Shown: positions 27,554 through 43,076 of the stretch, piece after piece
Numbering within the stretch: the stretch's first letter is position 1
Layout of the letters: each line of letters opens with the position of its first letter
Source: the human T2T-CHM13v2.0 reference genome, Homo sapiens
Strand: one strand, 5' to 3'
Assembly (NCBI RefSeq): GCF_009914755.1
Contig: NC_060944.1
DNA length: 64,000 nucleotides
Notes under the pieces: model-generated
The model's input: only the letters and a program-made list of their open reading frames with translations
Database searches by the model: none
What the model was told of the DNA's origin: nothing
Translations under genes and position numbers: made by a program

Positions 27554-28925
27554 CACCACCATCATGACCACCATCACCAGAAGCATCACCATCACCACCA
27601 CCAACACCACCACCATCACATCAACACCATGACCACCATCACCACCACCAAAACCATCACCACCACCATCACCACCACCACCACCATCACCACCACCACC
27701 ATCACCACCACCACCACCATCACCACCACCACCACCACCATCACCACCACACCACCATCACCACCACCACCACCATCACCACCATCACCATCACCACCAT
27801 CACCATCACCACCATCACCATTACCACCACCATTACCACCACCATCACCATCACCATCACCACCACCACCACCATCACCATCACCACCACCATCACCATT
27901 ATCACCACCACCATCACCACCATCACCACCACCACCATCACCATCACCACCACCATCACCATTATCACCACCACCATCACCACCATCACCACCACCACCA
28001 TCACCATCACCACCACCATCACCATTATCACCACCACCATCACCACCATCACCATCACCACCATCACCATCACCACCACCACCATCACCATCACCATTAC
28101 CACCACCATTACCACCACCATCACCATCACCATCACCACCACCACCACCACCATCACCACCACCATCACCATCACCATTATCACCACCACCATCACCACC
28201 ATCACCACCACCACCATCACCATCACCACCATCACCATCACCACCACCATCACCATCATCACCATCACCACCACCACCACCATCACCATTACCATCACCA
28301 TCACCACCATCACCATCACCACCACCATCACATCACCACCACCATCACCATCATCAGCATCACCATCACCATTATCACCACCACCACCATTATCACCACC
28401 ATCACCACCATCACCACCACCACTATCACCACCACCACCACCATCATCACCACCATCACCGTCACCACCACCATCACATCACCATCACCATCACCACCAC
28501 CACCACCATCACCACCACCACCATGATCACCACCATCACCATCACCACCATCACATCACCATCACCACCATCATCACCACCATCACCATCACCATCATCA
28601 CCACCACCATCACCATTATCACCACCACCACCATCACCATCACCACCATCACCACCACCACCACCATCACCATCATCACCACCATCATCACCACCACCAT
28701 CACCATCACCACCATCACCATCACCACCATCATCACCATCACCATCACCACCACCATCACCATCACCACCATCACCACCATCATCACCACCACCATCACC
28801 ATCACCACCACCACGATCACCACCATCACCATCACCACCACCACCACCATCACCATCATCACCATCACCACCACCACCACCATCACTACCACCATCACCA
28901 CCATCACCCTCACCACCATCACCAC
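27554..28925. repeat. ~1.37-kb imperfect (CAC/CAT)n trinucleotide repeat, intron 4, next to exon 5
   Basis: Seen directly; reads (GGU/GAU)n in the pre-mRNA. Confidence 0.98.
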
Positions 28926-29814
28926 CCGCCACCTGCCTCCAGGAGCACTGCAGCCTCGCCAGTCAGCCCACTTTGGGCTCTGTCTCCAGGGATATAGGGG
29001 CTGGATGGACCCGTCTCCTGAGGCCAGCAGAGGCTCCACGCCAGGGTCGGTGGCAGGGCTGGCACAGGGGAACCAGGAGGCGCCGCTGGCTTCACCATCT
29101 TAGCTACGGCAGCCCATTCCCCTGAGCCTCCTGGCCTGGGCAACAGTGGCTCGCATGGCCAGCCCACCGTGCCCTCCAGGGTCAGTAGCGTCTATTCTGG
29201 CGGCCAGCAGGGCTGGAGAGTCTTGGGACTGTTGAGACCCTCCCCCAACCTCCCTGAGCCTCCGGGCACAGATGTGAAAAGGGTGCCCACTGCAGTCAGC
29301 ACTCAACCCCCACAGCGTCCAGGGAGGGAGAGGGGCCACCGGGGGCTGACCCCTGCCCATTCTGCAGACAAAGCCACCACCCTGCCAGGGCTCAAGAGGG
29401 AAGAAAATGGGGAGGGGGCCATTTGAGCAAATGAGCCCACCCGTGAGCAAGGTGGAGGGACAGCACAGTCTGGCAGGATGGGGTCTCGGTCACTGGGGGG
29501 CCTGGGGCCCCTGGAACTCAGCATGTGTGGCCACAGCCACCCTCTGGGTCCCCCGGACAGCGGCCGCCGCAAGCCGCAGCTTAAACAACCACCAGGCAGG
29601 TGACTAGCACTTTGTATTGATCCAGGCACTAAAAACCCAGGAAAGAAGACACCCAACCACAGAGCCAAGGGTTCGCGGCAGGAAGGTGGGGGTGGCAGGG
29701 GCCAAAATGGCCTGGCCTGGCCTTTCGAAAAAGCAGCTTTCTGGAGACAGATGACAAAGATGGCCCAAGTCACGAGAAGAAGCACCGAGAAGAAAGGGGA
29801 GGGAGGCTCGTTCA

Positions 29815-30276
<462 letters not shown>

Positions 30277-30517
30277 TCAGGCCCCAGGAAAGACATTACT
30301 ATCGTCCACCCTGCCTGTGGGGCCCAGGATGGGCAGCCCAGCGCCACATTCCTCTTCCTGACATTTAGGCAGAGTTAACCACAGCCTCTGACTCCAAGTC
30401 AGCAGGTGAAAAGAAACTTCCAGAAGGAGCCAGTCCTGCCCAGCCTCTCTGGCCCACGCAGACGCCCCAGCTCCCCCCAGGGCTGAGTCCGTCCCTGGGT
30501 GCCTGGCCCTGATTCTA

Positions 30518-31636
<1,119 letters not shown>

Positions 31637-32050
31637 AGTGGGGGACCTGCCTTGAGTTGGGGGGTGCACAGCAGGGCTGAGCTGAGGGAAGGCCCCAGGT
31701 AACTGAAAAGGGGGCCACAGTCTCCACCCAGACCTTGGGAAACCCCAGAACAGAGGAGCAGGGCGGGCAGTAGAGGGAGGTGCATTTGGATGGGGACCAG
31801 TCTCCTTGAGGGCCCCCCACCCCGTTACCAACAGCAACACAGGAACTGCACTCCCGTTGCCATGGCGCCCACCCTGCCCTGGCACAGGGTTGCTGCAAGC
31901 GTCACAGCCCCCACCCCGACGCCCACGTCTGCCGTCTGCTGGGGACGCCCCACATCTCCGGCTCCAGAGATAAAGTGGGGATGGGAAAGGGAGGGTGGCC
32001 CACCCAGGGTGGGGGCGATGGAGGCGGGGCTGTCAGCCACTGTGAGGTCA

Positions 32051-32389
<339 letters not shown>

Positions 32390-32394
32390 TCAGA

Positions 32395-32514
32395 CAGGCC
32401 GCAGCAGGGCAGCAGCATGGCTGTGTCTCCAGAACTCAGGACCCCACTCCCCACCAGGCCGCAGCAGGGCACCAGCATGGCCGCGTCTCCAGAACGCAGG
32501 ACCCCACTCCCCAC
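32395..32514. repeat. 60-bp tandem duplication about 30 nt upstream of the exon 2 acceptor
   Basis: Two copies of CAGGCCGCAGCAGGGCA...ACCCCACTCCCCAC. Confidence 0.9.
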
Positions 32515-32998
32515 CCACCCCACCAGAGCTCGCTCAGGCCAGAGGGCACCCCCATAGCCACCTCCCGGGACCCTGAACTCCACAGTGGCAGCTGCCCCCT
32601 CTATGCGCAGCTGCCCCCTCCAGGACGCACCCCCCTCTCCACTCTGGCCCCTGCCCCTTCTGTCTGGTTTCAGCCTGGCAGCCTCATCCTTTGGCAACGT
32701 CTCCAAAACTCTCAGTCAAATGGGAACAGCAAGGCCTGCCCATCAACTGCTACAAACACAGGAACAAGCAAAACCCCTGGGGCAGAAGGCACCGATCAGC
32801 CTTCCCCTCTCCTCACTCTCGGCCACCTCCTCCAGACCCCAACGCAGAGGGCTTCTCTCTGCCAGTTAAACCCGGAGCCAAGCAACAGGAGCTCCTCGGA
32901 TCACCTTCTTTCCAGCCTCGTCCTGGCTGCCAGGAGGCTCCGTTTCTCCTTCCTCCCAGGTTGCAGGCACCTCCTCCCGCCAGTGACTTCCACCATGA

Positions 32999-33462
<464 letters not shown>

Positions 33463-33919
33463 TGATACAAGCGACTCTGCTACACTTGCTCCCTTGCCCA
33501 CCCCAGGAAGCTGCAGACAGGAGGAGCCCGCTAGCCCCCGAAGACCCTGCCGCGGGAACCCGGCTTGTGGCTGCAACAAGGCCACCCACATAGAAGAGAC
33601 ATAGAAGATCTCCCAGCTCTTCCTGGGAGCAAAGCTGTGCAACCCAGAGCCTCAAGCTGCCGCTTTGGCAGGAAAGCCAACTCCCGCGTGCTGAAGTCAC
33701 TGAATGCACACCAGAGAGAAACCCACTTCGCAGGAAGCAAATGCTTTGTCTCATTTACATTTTTCGCAGGTGTTCTGGGATGTGAAGGGGACGTGTCCAA
33801 CGTCCAGGTCCTTCGTCACAGCCATAAAGGAGGCCATGCGTGGGACACGCCCTCATTCCAGGCAATGTGAGAGACGCCTTCACCTTGACCGTGTTGCTGC
33901 CTCTCGTTCCAACCGTGCT

Positions 33920-34860
33920 CAGAACCAGGAGCCGGCGGGGACGGAGCCACAGAGCAGCCGCTTCCCCGTGTCCGCGCCCCTGTACTGTCTTCACACTCGC
34001 CATCACCTTGCACACCCTGCGGCACCACACGACCGCCACGGAGCCTGTGGGGCCCTCCTGTGTCTCAAACCCGAGCCCTTCCCCGGCGCCCACATCCAGG
34101 TGGGTGTCAAGGGAGGGAGATTCCCCACACTCAGGATCTCCTTCCCTCTGTCCCCAAAGCAGTGCTGCAGTCCAGCCTGGGTTCCGGGCAGTGTCCCCGC
34201 TCCCCTCTCCCCACTCCCACAGAGGAAATATTCCCTGGATGCCCCGACCTGCAGGGCCGAGACTGGGCACAGGCACGGGCATCCTGGGGGAAGTCCCTCC
34301 AGCCCGGATACGCCCACCCCTGACCTGCTGGGCCGGGGCACTGGCCACAGGCATGGGCATCCTGGGGGGGAGTCTCTCCAGACTGGTCACGCCCCCTCAT
34401 CATTGGAGCTTCGGAGCATCACAGCACCTGTCTAGACCCACCCCTCCTGTCTCAGCCTTGCAATTTCCTTTCCAGTCTGGGGGTGCAGGGATGCTCATGG
34501 GATCGAGGCTGGCCAACCACGGCCAGCGAGTGGTGGCCCCAGAATCTCTGCTGGAACTACCAGGAATAAGACACCCCCTTCCCACAAAGGTTGCCAACTA
34601 GGAGGAGGCAGGCCTGGGGCACTGGCAGGAGGACGGGTGGGCACAGGAAAACCTGCCTGAAGATGAGGTCATGAGGAAGGCAGCACAGAAGGATGGGAGA
34701 AGAGGCCTTAAGACACATAATGTGAGCACCTGGATCCAGCTGTGCCTGAAGCCCCTTGGACTTCCAGGTTATGTAAGCCCATTCCTTACAACCCTTTGCA
34801 TTTGTTTTCTGCCCCTTGCAAATAAAAGACCATGACCTTTCACGCTATGAGCAGCTGACA
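33920..34860 (+). ncRNA. Candidate antisense lncRNA (probably KCNQ2-AS1)
   Basis: Plus-strand donor CAG/gtgggt at about 34100, acceptor tttcctttccag at about 34475, AATAAA at 34821. I recall an antisense lncRNA annotated just upstream of exon 2; boundaries are approximate. Confidence 0.4.
34480..34835 (+). mobile_element. Old MLT1 (J/K-like) LTR fragment carrying AATAAA at 34821-34826
   Basis: gagcacctggatccagctgtgcctgaagcc...tggacttcc...cttgcaaataaaag; family from recall. Confidence 0.55.
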
Positions 34861-36050
34861 TCGGTGTGTCCCTGCTGCGAGCCCACGCCTGACTCCACCA
34901 TGCTGTGGCCACATGCTACTCTGACCCACAGCTCCTCCCTGGGCAGACAAGCCACGCGGCTGTGACACAAGCTGCCACGGATCAAAAAGGAAAAAACAAG
35001 TCCTCGATGTGCGGAGCTATTTAGTGAGCACAGGTCAGCGTTGGCCGCAGTGCCTGGAGGGTCTGGAGGGTTTGGGGAGCAGAGGTCAGCATTGGCTGTG
35101 GTGCCTGGTGGGAAGAGGACCCCACTCTGCTCACGGCTTCACTGTCTTGTGGGAGAGCCCCTGGGGAGCACCGCAGAGAGAGGAGGGACTCACCAAAGGC
35201 CGAGCTCCACAGCCCGGGAGAAGAGGGAAAAGCCCCAGCGTCTGAGCTCCTGGGAGAAGAGGGAAGAGGGAAGCCCCAGTGTCTGCGGCCTGCAGGGAGA
35301 CTTCTCAGACTTTTGGCCGCGGAGGCAGAAGGACAGGGCCAGGCCATCCGGGCACAAACCCGGGGCCCCCATCACCCCAGGCTCAGGCTCTGAGCCCCCA
35401 AACCAGGACCAGCCCACTGGGTGGTGGCAGCAATTGGGGCACGTAATTGGGCCCACATCTGACACACAGCACTCAGAGCAGACCCCGTCCCGCACCATCA
35501 GTGCCATCACCAGCACCCACACCCAGCACACAACCCTGCGCTGCCTGCGCCCCTGGAACCCGCCCGCCACCACACGAGCTCACTGCCTCTGCCCCTGCAG
35601 GCCCCTCACCCCGCCTCACCCCCTCCCTCACTTACAGGCCCCTCACCCCGCCTCACCCCGTCCCTCACTTACAGGCCCCTCACCTCCACCACCACTCCTC
35701 CCCCACCCCTCCCTCACCCAAAGGGACGAAGTGCCCCAAACCCTCTTCCCACTGCTCCGGAGGGACCTAGACGAAACCCTGGCTGCTCTTCCAGAGGTCA
35801 CGGCCCAGCACACGTGCCGGACGAGGGCGGCCGCAGAGGCCCAGCAAGGCCACCACACATGAGGTCAGGGCTGGATCTCCCTCCCCAAGTGGCTTTAGGC
35901 TTCCAGGAATAAGGCAGCACTGATGCCTGCCCCCGCTCCCAGGGCCCTGGGGCTGCCCCAGGTGTGGGACGCTGTGGCTGCCCCATGCAAGGGCCAGGAC
36001 TCCCTGAGGCAGCACTGGGCGCTGCAGTCACCCCTGGGGGCAGAGCCCCA

Positions 36051-37504
36051 GAAGACCTGCTGGGGGGTGGGGGAAGACTGCTGGGGGGTGGGGGGAAGAC
36101 CTGCTGTGGGGAGGGGGAAGACCTGCTGTGGGGTGGAAGACCTGCTGTGGGGTAGGGGAAGACCTGCTGTGGGGTGGGGGGGAAGACCTGCTGTGGGGTG
36201 GGGGAAGACCTGCTGTGGGGTGGGGGAAGACCTGCTGTGGGGTGGGGGGGAAGACCTGCTGTGGGGTGGAAGACCTGCTGTGGGGTGGGGGAAGACCTGC
36301 TGTGGGGTGGGGGGGAAGACCTGCTGTGGGGTGGGGGAAGACCTGCTGTGGGGTGGGGGAAGACTGCTGGGGGGTGGGGGAAGACTGCTGGGGGGTGGGG
36401 GAAGACCTGCTGGGGGGTGGGGGAAGACCTGCTGTAGGGTGGGGGAAGACCTGCTGTAGGGTGGGGGAAGACTGCTGGGGGGTGGGGGGAAGACCTGCTG
36501 GGGGGTGGGGGAAGACCTGCTGTAGGGTGGGGGAAGACCTGCTGTGGGGTGGGGGAAGACCTGCTGTAGGGTGGGGGAAGACTGCTGGGGGGTGGGGGGA
36601 AGACCTGCTGGGGGGTGGAGGAAGACCTGCTGGGGGGTGTGGGAAGACCTGCTGGGGGGAGGGGGAAGACCTGCTGTGGGGTGTGGGAAGACCTGCTGTA
36701 GGGTGGGGGAAGACTGCTGGGGGGTGGGGGGAAGACCTGCTGTGGGGTGGGGGAAGACCTGCTGTAGGGTGGGGGAAGACTGCTGGGGGGTGGGGGGGAA
36801 GACCTGCTGTGGGGTGGGGGAAGACCTGCTGTGGGGTGGGGGGAAGACCTGCTGTAGGGTGGGGGAAGACCTGCTGTGGGGTGGGGGAAGACCTGCTGTG
36901 GGGTGGGGGAAGACCTGCTGTAGGGTGGGGGAAGACTGCTGGGGGGTGGGGGGAAGACCTGCTGGGGTGAGGGGGAAGACCTGCTGTGGGGTGTGGGAAG
37001 ACCTGCTGTAGGGTGGGGGAAGACTGCTGGGGGGTGTGGGAAGACCTGCTGTAGGGTGGGGGAAGACTGCTGGGGGGTGGGGGGAAGACCTGCTGGGGGG
37101 TGGGGGAAGACCTGCTGGGGGGTGTGGGAAGACCTGCTGGGGGGAGGGGGAAGACCTGCTGTGAGGTGTGGGAAGACCTGCTGTAGGGTGGGGGAAGACT
37201 GCTGGGGGGTGGGGGGAAGACCTGCTGGGGGGTGGGGGAAGACCTGCTGGGGGGAGGGGGAAGACCTGCTGGGGGGAGGGGGAAGACCTGCTGTGAGGTG
37301 TGGGAAGACCTGCTGTAGGGTGGGGGAAGACTGCTGGGGGGTGGGGGGAAGACCTGCTGGGGGGTGGGGGAAGACCTGCTGGGGGGTGGGGGAAGACCTG
37401 CTGGGGGGAGGGGGAAGACCTGCTGGGGGGGTGGGGGGAAGACCTGCTGGGGGTGGGGGAAGACCTGCTGGGGGTGGGGGAAGACCTGCTGGGGGTGGGG
37501 GAAG
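36051..37504. repeat. ~21-23-bp G-rich VNTR (GAAGACCTGCTGTGGGGTGGGG), about 65 units, intron 1
   Basis: Seen directly; two G4-G7 runs per unit. Confidence 0.97.
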
Positions 37505-37644
37505 CCAGGAGATCCCTAGCGCAGAGGTCACACAGGGTCAAGGTGGGGTCAAGGTTGAACAAGAGTGGCAGGCGCCCAGGTGAGAGCTGGCAGAGCAGCG
37601 TCTGTGGAGCCGAGGCTGCGGGGGCTTGGAAGCAGGGGAGGGCA

Positions 37645-38495
<851 letters not shown>

Positions 38496-41400
38496 CATCC
38501 TGTGTGCAAAGTGCCTCCAGGACCTGGGGACTTGGGCAAGCTCCCTTCAGCCAAGAACAAGAGGGTGGCCATGCTGTTCCAGGCTCGATTCACGACGGAC
38601 ACCCCCACGGCTTCCCTCTGCCCGGACCCAGTCATCTCCCCACTGAACACCCTCTGGATGTGGGGAGGCCAGCATGGCCCCCTGCAGCCCCCCTCCCACT
38701 CGCTGGAGACCCCCAAGTCCAGGCAGCCTGAGTCCTCTGGCCTGGGCAGGCGCAGTCCCCATAGCTCCACCTTCCGACTCCCCAGCAGCGGCCTCTGCTG
38801 CACGGCCCAGGGCGTCCAGGGCAGGGAAGGCGGGGCACAGGGTGGTCCTCCCAAGATCTGCCCCGGGAAGGACCACGGCCGTGCTTCAGAAGCACCCGGG
38901 ACCACACAGTCTGAAGCAGAGGTGGAGGCTTCGGGCACAGGCGGCCCGGCCAAGGTCAGCCCCACCAACTGCCCATTCCAGCACCAGAGCCAACTGAGGC
39001 CTGGCACTGCTCAGCCACAGGCAGCGGCGGCAGAAACTGTGCCTGTGAAGGCTCTGGCCCAGCACCCAAACCAAAGATGAAGGCGCAGGGGCCAAAGCCA
39101 CATTTTAAAGCGTCTCGTGAAAACTGTCAGCATCTCTAGCGTGAGCCCAAGTTCAGATTCTACCCACGTACACCCCGAGGACGTCCCAGCTCCATGCCAT
39201 TGAGAAGCTGTAATCCAGTGCCTGCCTCTGAGCTGAGGGCAGCAGGCTGGAAACTCAGCACGACTTCCATGTTGCGGTCTTGAGGAAAATCCTTTTTCTT
39301 CCGGAAACCTCAGTCTTTGCTCTCAAGGCCTCAGCTGCTGGGACGACGCCCACCCCCACGGCAGAGGGTCACTAGCTTCACTTGAAGTCCGCTGAGCTAA
39401 GTGTTCATGCCGAAAAACACCTGCACAGCAGCGTCGAGGCAGGTGCGTGGCCACCAGCCGGGCACCATGGCGCAGCTGCGTGTATACAGAGTGTATGCAT
39501 ACAGTGGGCATCACGGGCTGGGAGAGGACACAGGGGCCTCGGCCAGAGGCCTGGGACTGCAGCAGGAACGGGCTGATTCAGCGGTGCAGGCACAGAACAC
39601 CCTGACTGATGCTGAAGGACAGTGGTGGGGAGAGCCAGGTCTCTCGCCGGCAGCTCGGCTCCAGGGCAGGTCCAGGCCACACACCTGCCCAGGACCCCAC
39701 CAGCTGGCCTGCAGCCACAGAGAGAGGCCCCACCGGGACCCTCCTCGTGGGAACTGGGAGCCTCCACACAGGCCAGCCAGAATGCCTCAGCCCGGGACGA
39801 CGCGCCAGCCGGAGCTCCAGCTGCAGGGGCAGGGGTTGGGGCGGGGGCTTCCAGGAAGAATAGTCCCTGCAGGCTGAGGGGAGGGTCCAGGGCCTAGTGA
39901 GAAGCTCAAAGCGCAGCACCGCGTGTGGAGGCCGGGTGGGTCCAAGAGCCAGAGCCTGCCCCACGCTGCACCCCTCCCCGCCACCCCCAAGACCACAAGC
40001 CACAGCCAGGTCCTGCCCTATCCAGCTGCCGCCCCGCGGTGGACGTCGGCACAGCAGCACCAGGAAGGCCCTGTGTCGGGCACCCCAGGAGACACCAGTC
40101 CTCCGCCCGCCGCCACAGGCCCACGGCTTCCAGCTCGAAGGCACTGGCCCTGAGGCACCGTCGCCAGGGGGCACTCGGCCCCGCCCACGTGTGCGACCCA
40201 GAGGCCTCCGCCAGGACCCCGAAGCTCCCGGCTCCAGGCAGGGGCGCTGGCAGTGGTGCCGAGGCCCAGGCAGACAAACCATACGCAAGGGACGTCCCAT
40301 TTCCAAGCCGCGATTAATTTCCTGTGCTCGTTGGCCAAGTTCTTCAATTAACTGAGCCCTGGGAAAAATGCGCAGACATCTCGTGCGCCTTCTGCGGGCG
40401 ATCCTCTGTCTGCCTAACGGGGTTTTCTCTGAACTCTCAGCGGGGTAGGAGCAGGGGAGGACGCGGGGGTCCCTGGCTTCCCAGTCAGGAGCCCAGAGGC
40501 TTGGGAGGCAGGAGGGGCGCCGCGGGGACACAGAGGGCATCACACATCACAGGAGGGGCTCAGGGACCCAGCTCAGCCCAGCAGAGCCACGCACATAATC
40601 CTGTGGGCTTCCCGGAGGAGGCGTGTACAGGGGCGGGGGGGCTACAGGATACAGAGGAGTTGGCCACAGGGGGAGAAGGGGAAGGGCATTCCCAGCAGAG
40701 GGAGGAGCCGCTGGGGAGGCCTGGCGAGAGAAGGGCAGGCGTATCTGCATCCCACCGAGGATGAGGCTGACCAGACTTGAGAACAGGGCGGGGTGGGGAC
40801 AACGACAGCCCCACAGACTTGAATTCTGAGTCCTCAGTGCCGCATCCAGGAAGGCAGCTCCTCGGGCTGCAGGGAACCTTCCTCTAAACTAAAAAAAACG
40901 AGGCCCAGGTCCCAAATGTTCAGGACTCAGCCTGCTTCCTAAGGTGGCTCCGACCAGGCATCTCAGAGCATTCCAGAAACCCTGGAGACAGAATGCAGCC
41001 GGATGCGGCCGAGATCTGTGGCTCCTCCCAGCAGGCGTGGACCAGGAGGAATAAAGCCAGAATTCAGGGAGATGAATCTCGCAGCCAGGCCCTCAGAAGG
41101 CTCCAGCTCCTTCCAGCTCAGCTTCCGCCCATCTGCCCCCGCCTCGCCGGCCCGCAGACCCTGCATGAAGGAAGCAGCTGCCCCTCCCGCCGCTGCCCCT
41201 CCTGCCACAGCCCCACCCGGAAAGTGCAGGCAACAGCTCCGACTTTTGTTTTTTAAGTTTTTGGAACAGATGGCACAGATGGCGCTGCCGGGGGCGGCCA
41301 GTGCAGGGGAGGCAGAGAGACGGACGTGCGAGAAGAGCCTTGGAGGAGGGAGGAGGCGGCACGGGGTGCGTCTGGGCCCGTCTGGGGGACGCAAAGATCC

Positions 41401-42674
41401 CGGTGCCTCGGCCGTGGCTCCAGGCCCCAGGACAGACCAGGGAAGAAACCTCCAAACTGCGGATAGTTCCCAAACGCACTGGCCAGCCATCCGGTCGGCC
41501 GAACCGTGGGGAAGACACAGGGGCTTCCAGGCCTCCGCCCACAAACCGTGGTGTCCCCAAGACATCCACACTCATGCCCATCTTAGAGAAGGGGAAACTG
41601 AGGCTCACTGAGGCAGGTGAGGGCCTCTGCCTCTGAACCAGGGGAGGGAGAGGGCGGCAGGAGACCCCTGATGGCATCCCCCAGGCCTCGGGAGAGGAGG
41701 CTCCCCGGGAACACTGGGACACACTCCCTGCCCATGTGGCCTCAGGGTCCCAGGCACGACGAGCGTCCAAATGTGGGACACTCCCTGAGGGCCAGCTGCC
41801 AGAGGCCTCTCGGGACGGGGCCATCACCACCTCAGACCCAGGCCCACAGTGTGGGTACAGCCCCTCCTGCACTAAGCTGGGGGACACAGCCCACCACGGG
41901 GCACTCAGCTGAGGTCTCGCTGGCTCGGCAAGGGCTGCCCGCCCCCTCCTGCCCAGGCAGCGGCCAAGTCTGCAGGAAAAGAAAGAAGAGACTTCCTACG
42001 GGAGAATGGGGGAGGATGAGGGGAGGACGGCGGGAAGACGATGGGAGGATGGGAGGACGGTGGGAGGACGCTGGGAGGACGATGGGAGGACCGAGCAGCT
42101 TCTCTGCAGCCCAGAATTACAACACAAAGGGTTTCGAAGCTAATTATGATAATGGGTTCAACTTCCGGAGCTTCCCTGGCAGCCGTTGCCAAGGAGATAA
42201 GGCAAGTAGCTGGTCCCCAGCCCCAGATTCAGGCAAAGAGTCAAGGTGGGGGCAGGGAGGATCCACAGAGCCCTGGCACCCACCACTGAGCAGAGGGGCA
42301 GGGGGACACCTGGACCGCGGGCGTCGGCTGGGGCTCACCGCACGTCCCTGACGCACAGCCCAGCCCCGTGCCCATCAGACAGCCCCAGATCACAAGAGAG
42401 GCCATGGCGGGGATCAGGCACCCCGAATGCAGTCACAGACTGAGCATGGAGCAGCGGGGGATCTCCTCCTGGGACCTGGGACCCAAGTGCAAAGAGGAGA
42501 AGTTGGGGCAGGGAGGGGCCCATGGGAGGGACCAAAGGGTCACCAGGCCAGAGGGGTGCCCAGTTAAGGCCGGACCACAGTCCTGGGGCCCCCACCGCCC
42601 AGTTAAGGCCGGACCACAGTCCTGGGGCCCCCACGCTGGCACCCTCAGGCCTTGAGATGCAAAAACTCCTCTAC

Positions 42675-43076
42675 TCACGGGGCCCCCACCTCCGGGAGAC
42701 CCCTGTGCTCACGGACCCCCCACCTCCGGGAGGCCCCTCTGCTCACGGGCCCCCCACCTCCGGGAGACCCCTCTGCTCACGGGCCCCCCACCTCCGGGAG
42801 ACCCCTGTGCTCACGGGCCCCCCACCTCCGGGAGGCCCCTCTGCTCACGGGCCCCCCACCTCCGGGAGGCCCCTCTGCTCACGGGCCCCCCACCTCCGGG
42901 AGGCCCCTCTGCTTCACGGGCCCCCCACCTCCGGGAGGCCCCTCTGCTCACGGGCCCCCCACCTCCGGGAGGCCCCTCTGCTTCACGGGCCCCCCACCTC
43001 CGGGAGGCCCCTCTGCCCACAGGCCCCCCACCTCCGGGAGACCCCTCTGCTCATGGGCCCCCCACCTCCGGGAGAC
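42675..43076. repeat. 34-bp CpG-containing VNTR, about 12 units, intron 1
   Basis: Unit GCTCACGGGCCCCCCACCTCCGGGAGGCCCCTCT. Confidence 0.95.

Noticed and set aside
27245-29125. 626-aa plus-strand poly-His/Thr/Pro-Ser ORF (in-frame ATG at 27281)
   Set aside because: It is a translation of the (CAC/CAT)n repeat, which lacks plus-strand stops, and is antisense to exon 5. There is no evidence of transcription, so even RAN-type translation is unsupported.
35798-37583. 555-577-aa Pro-rich ORFs
   Set aside because: VNTR translation with drifting frames; no credible start
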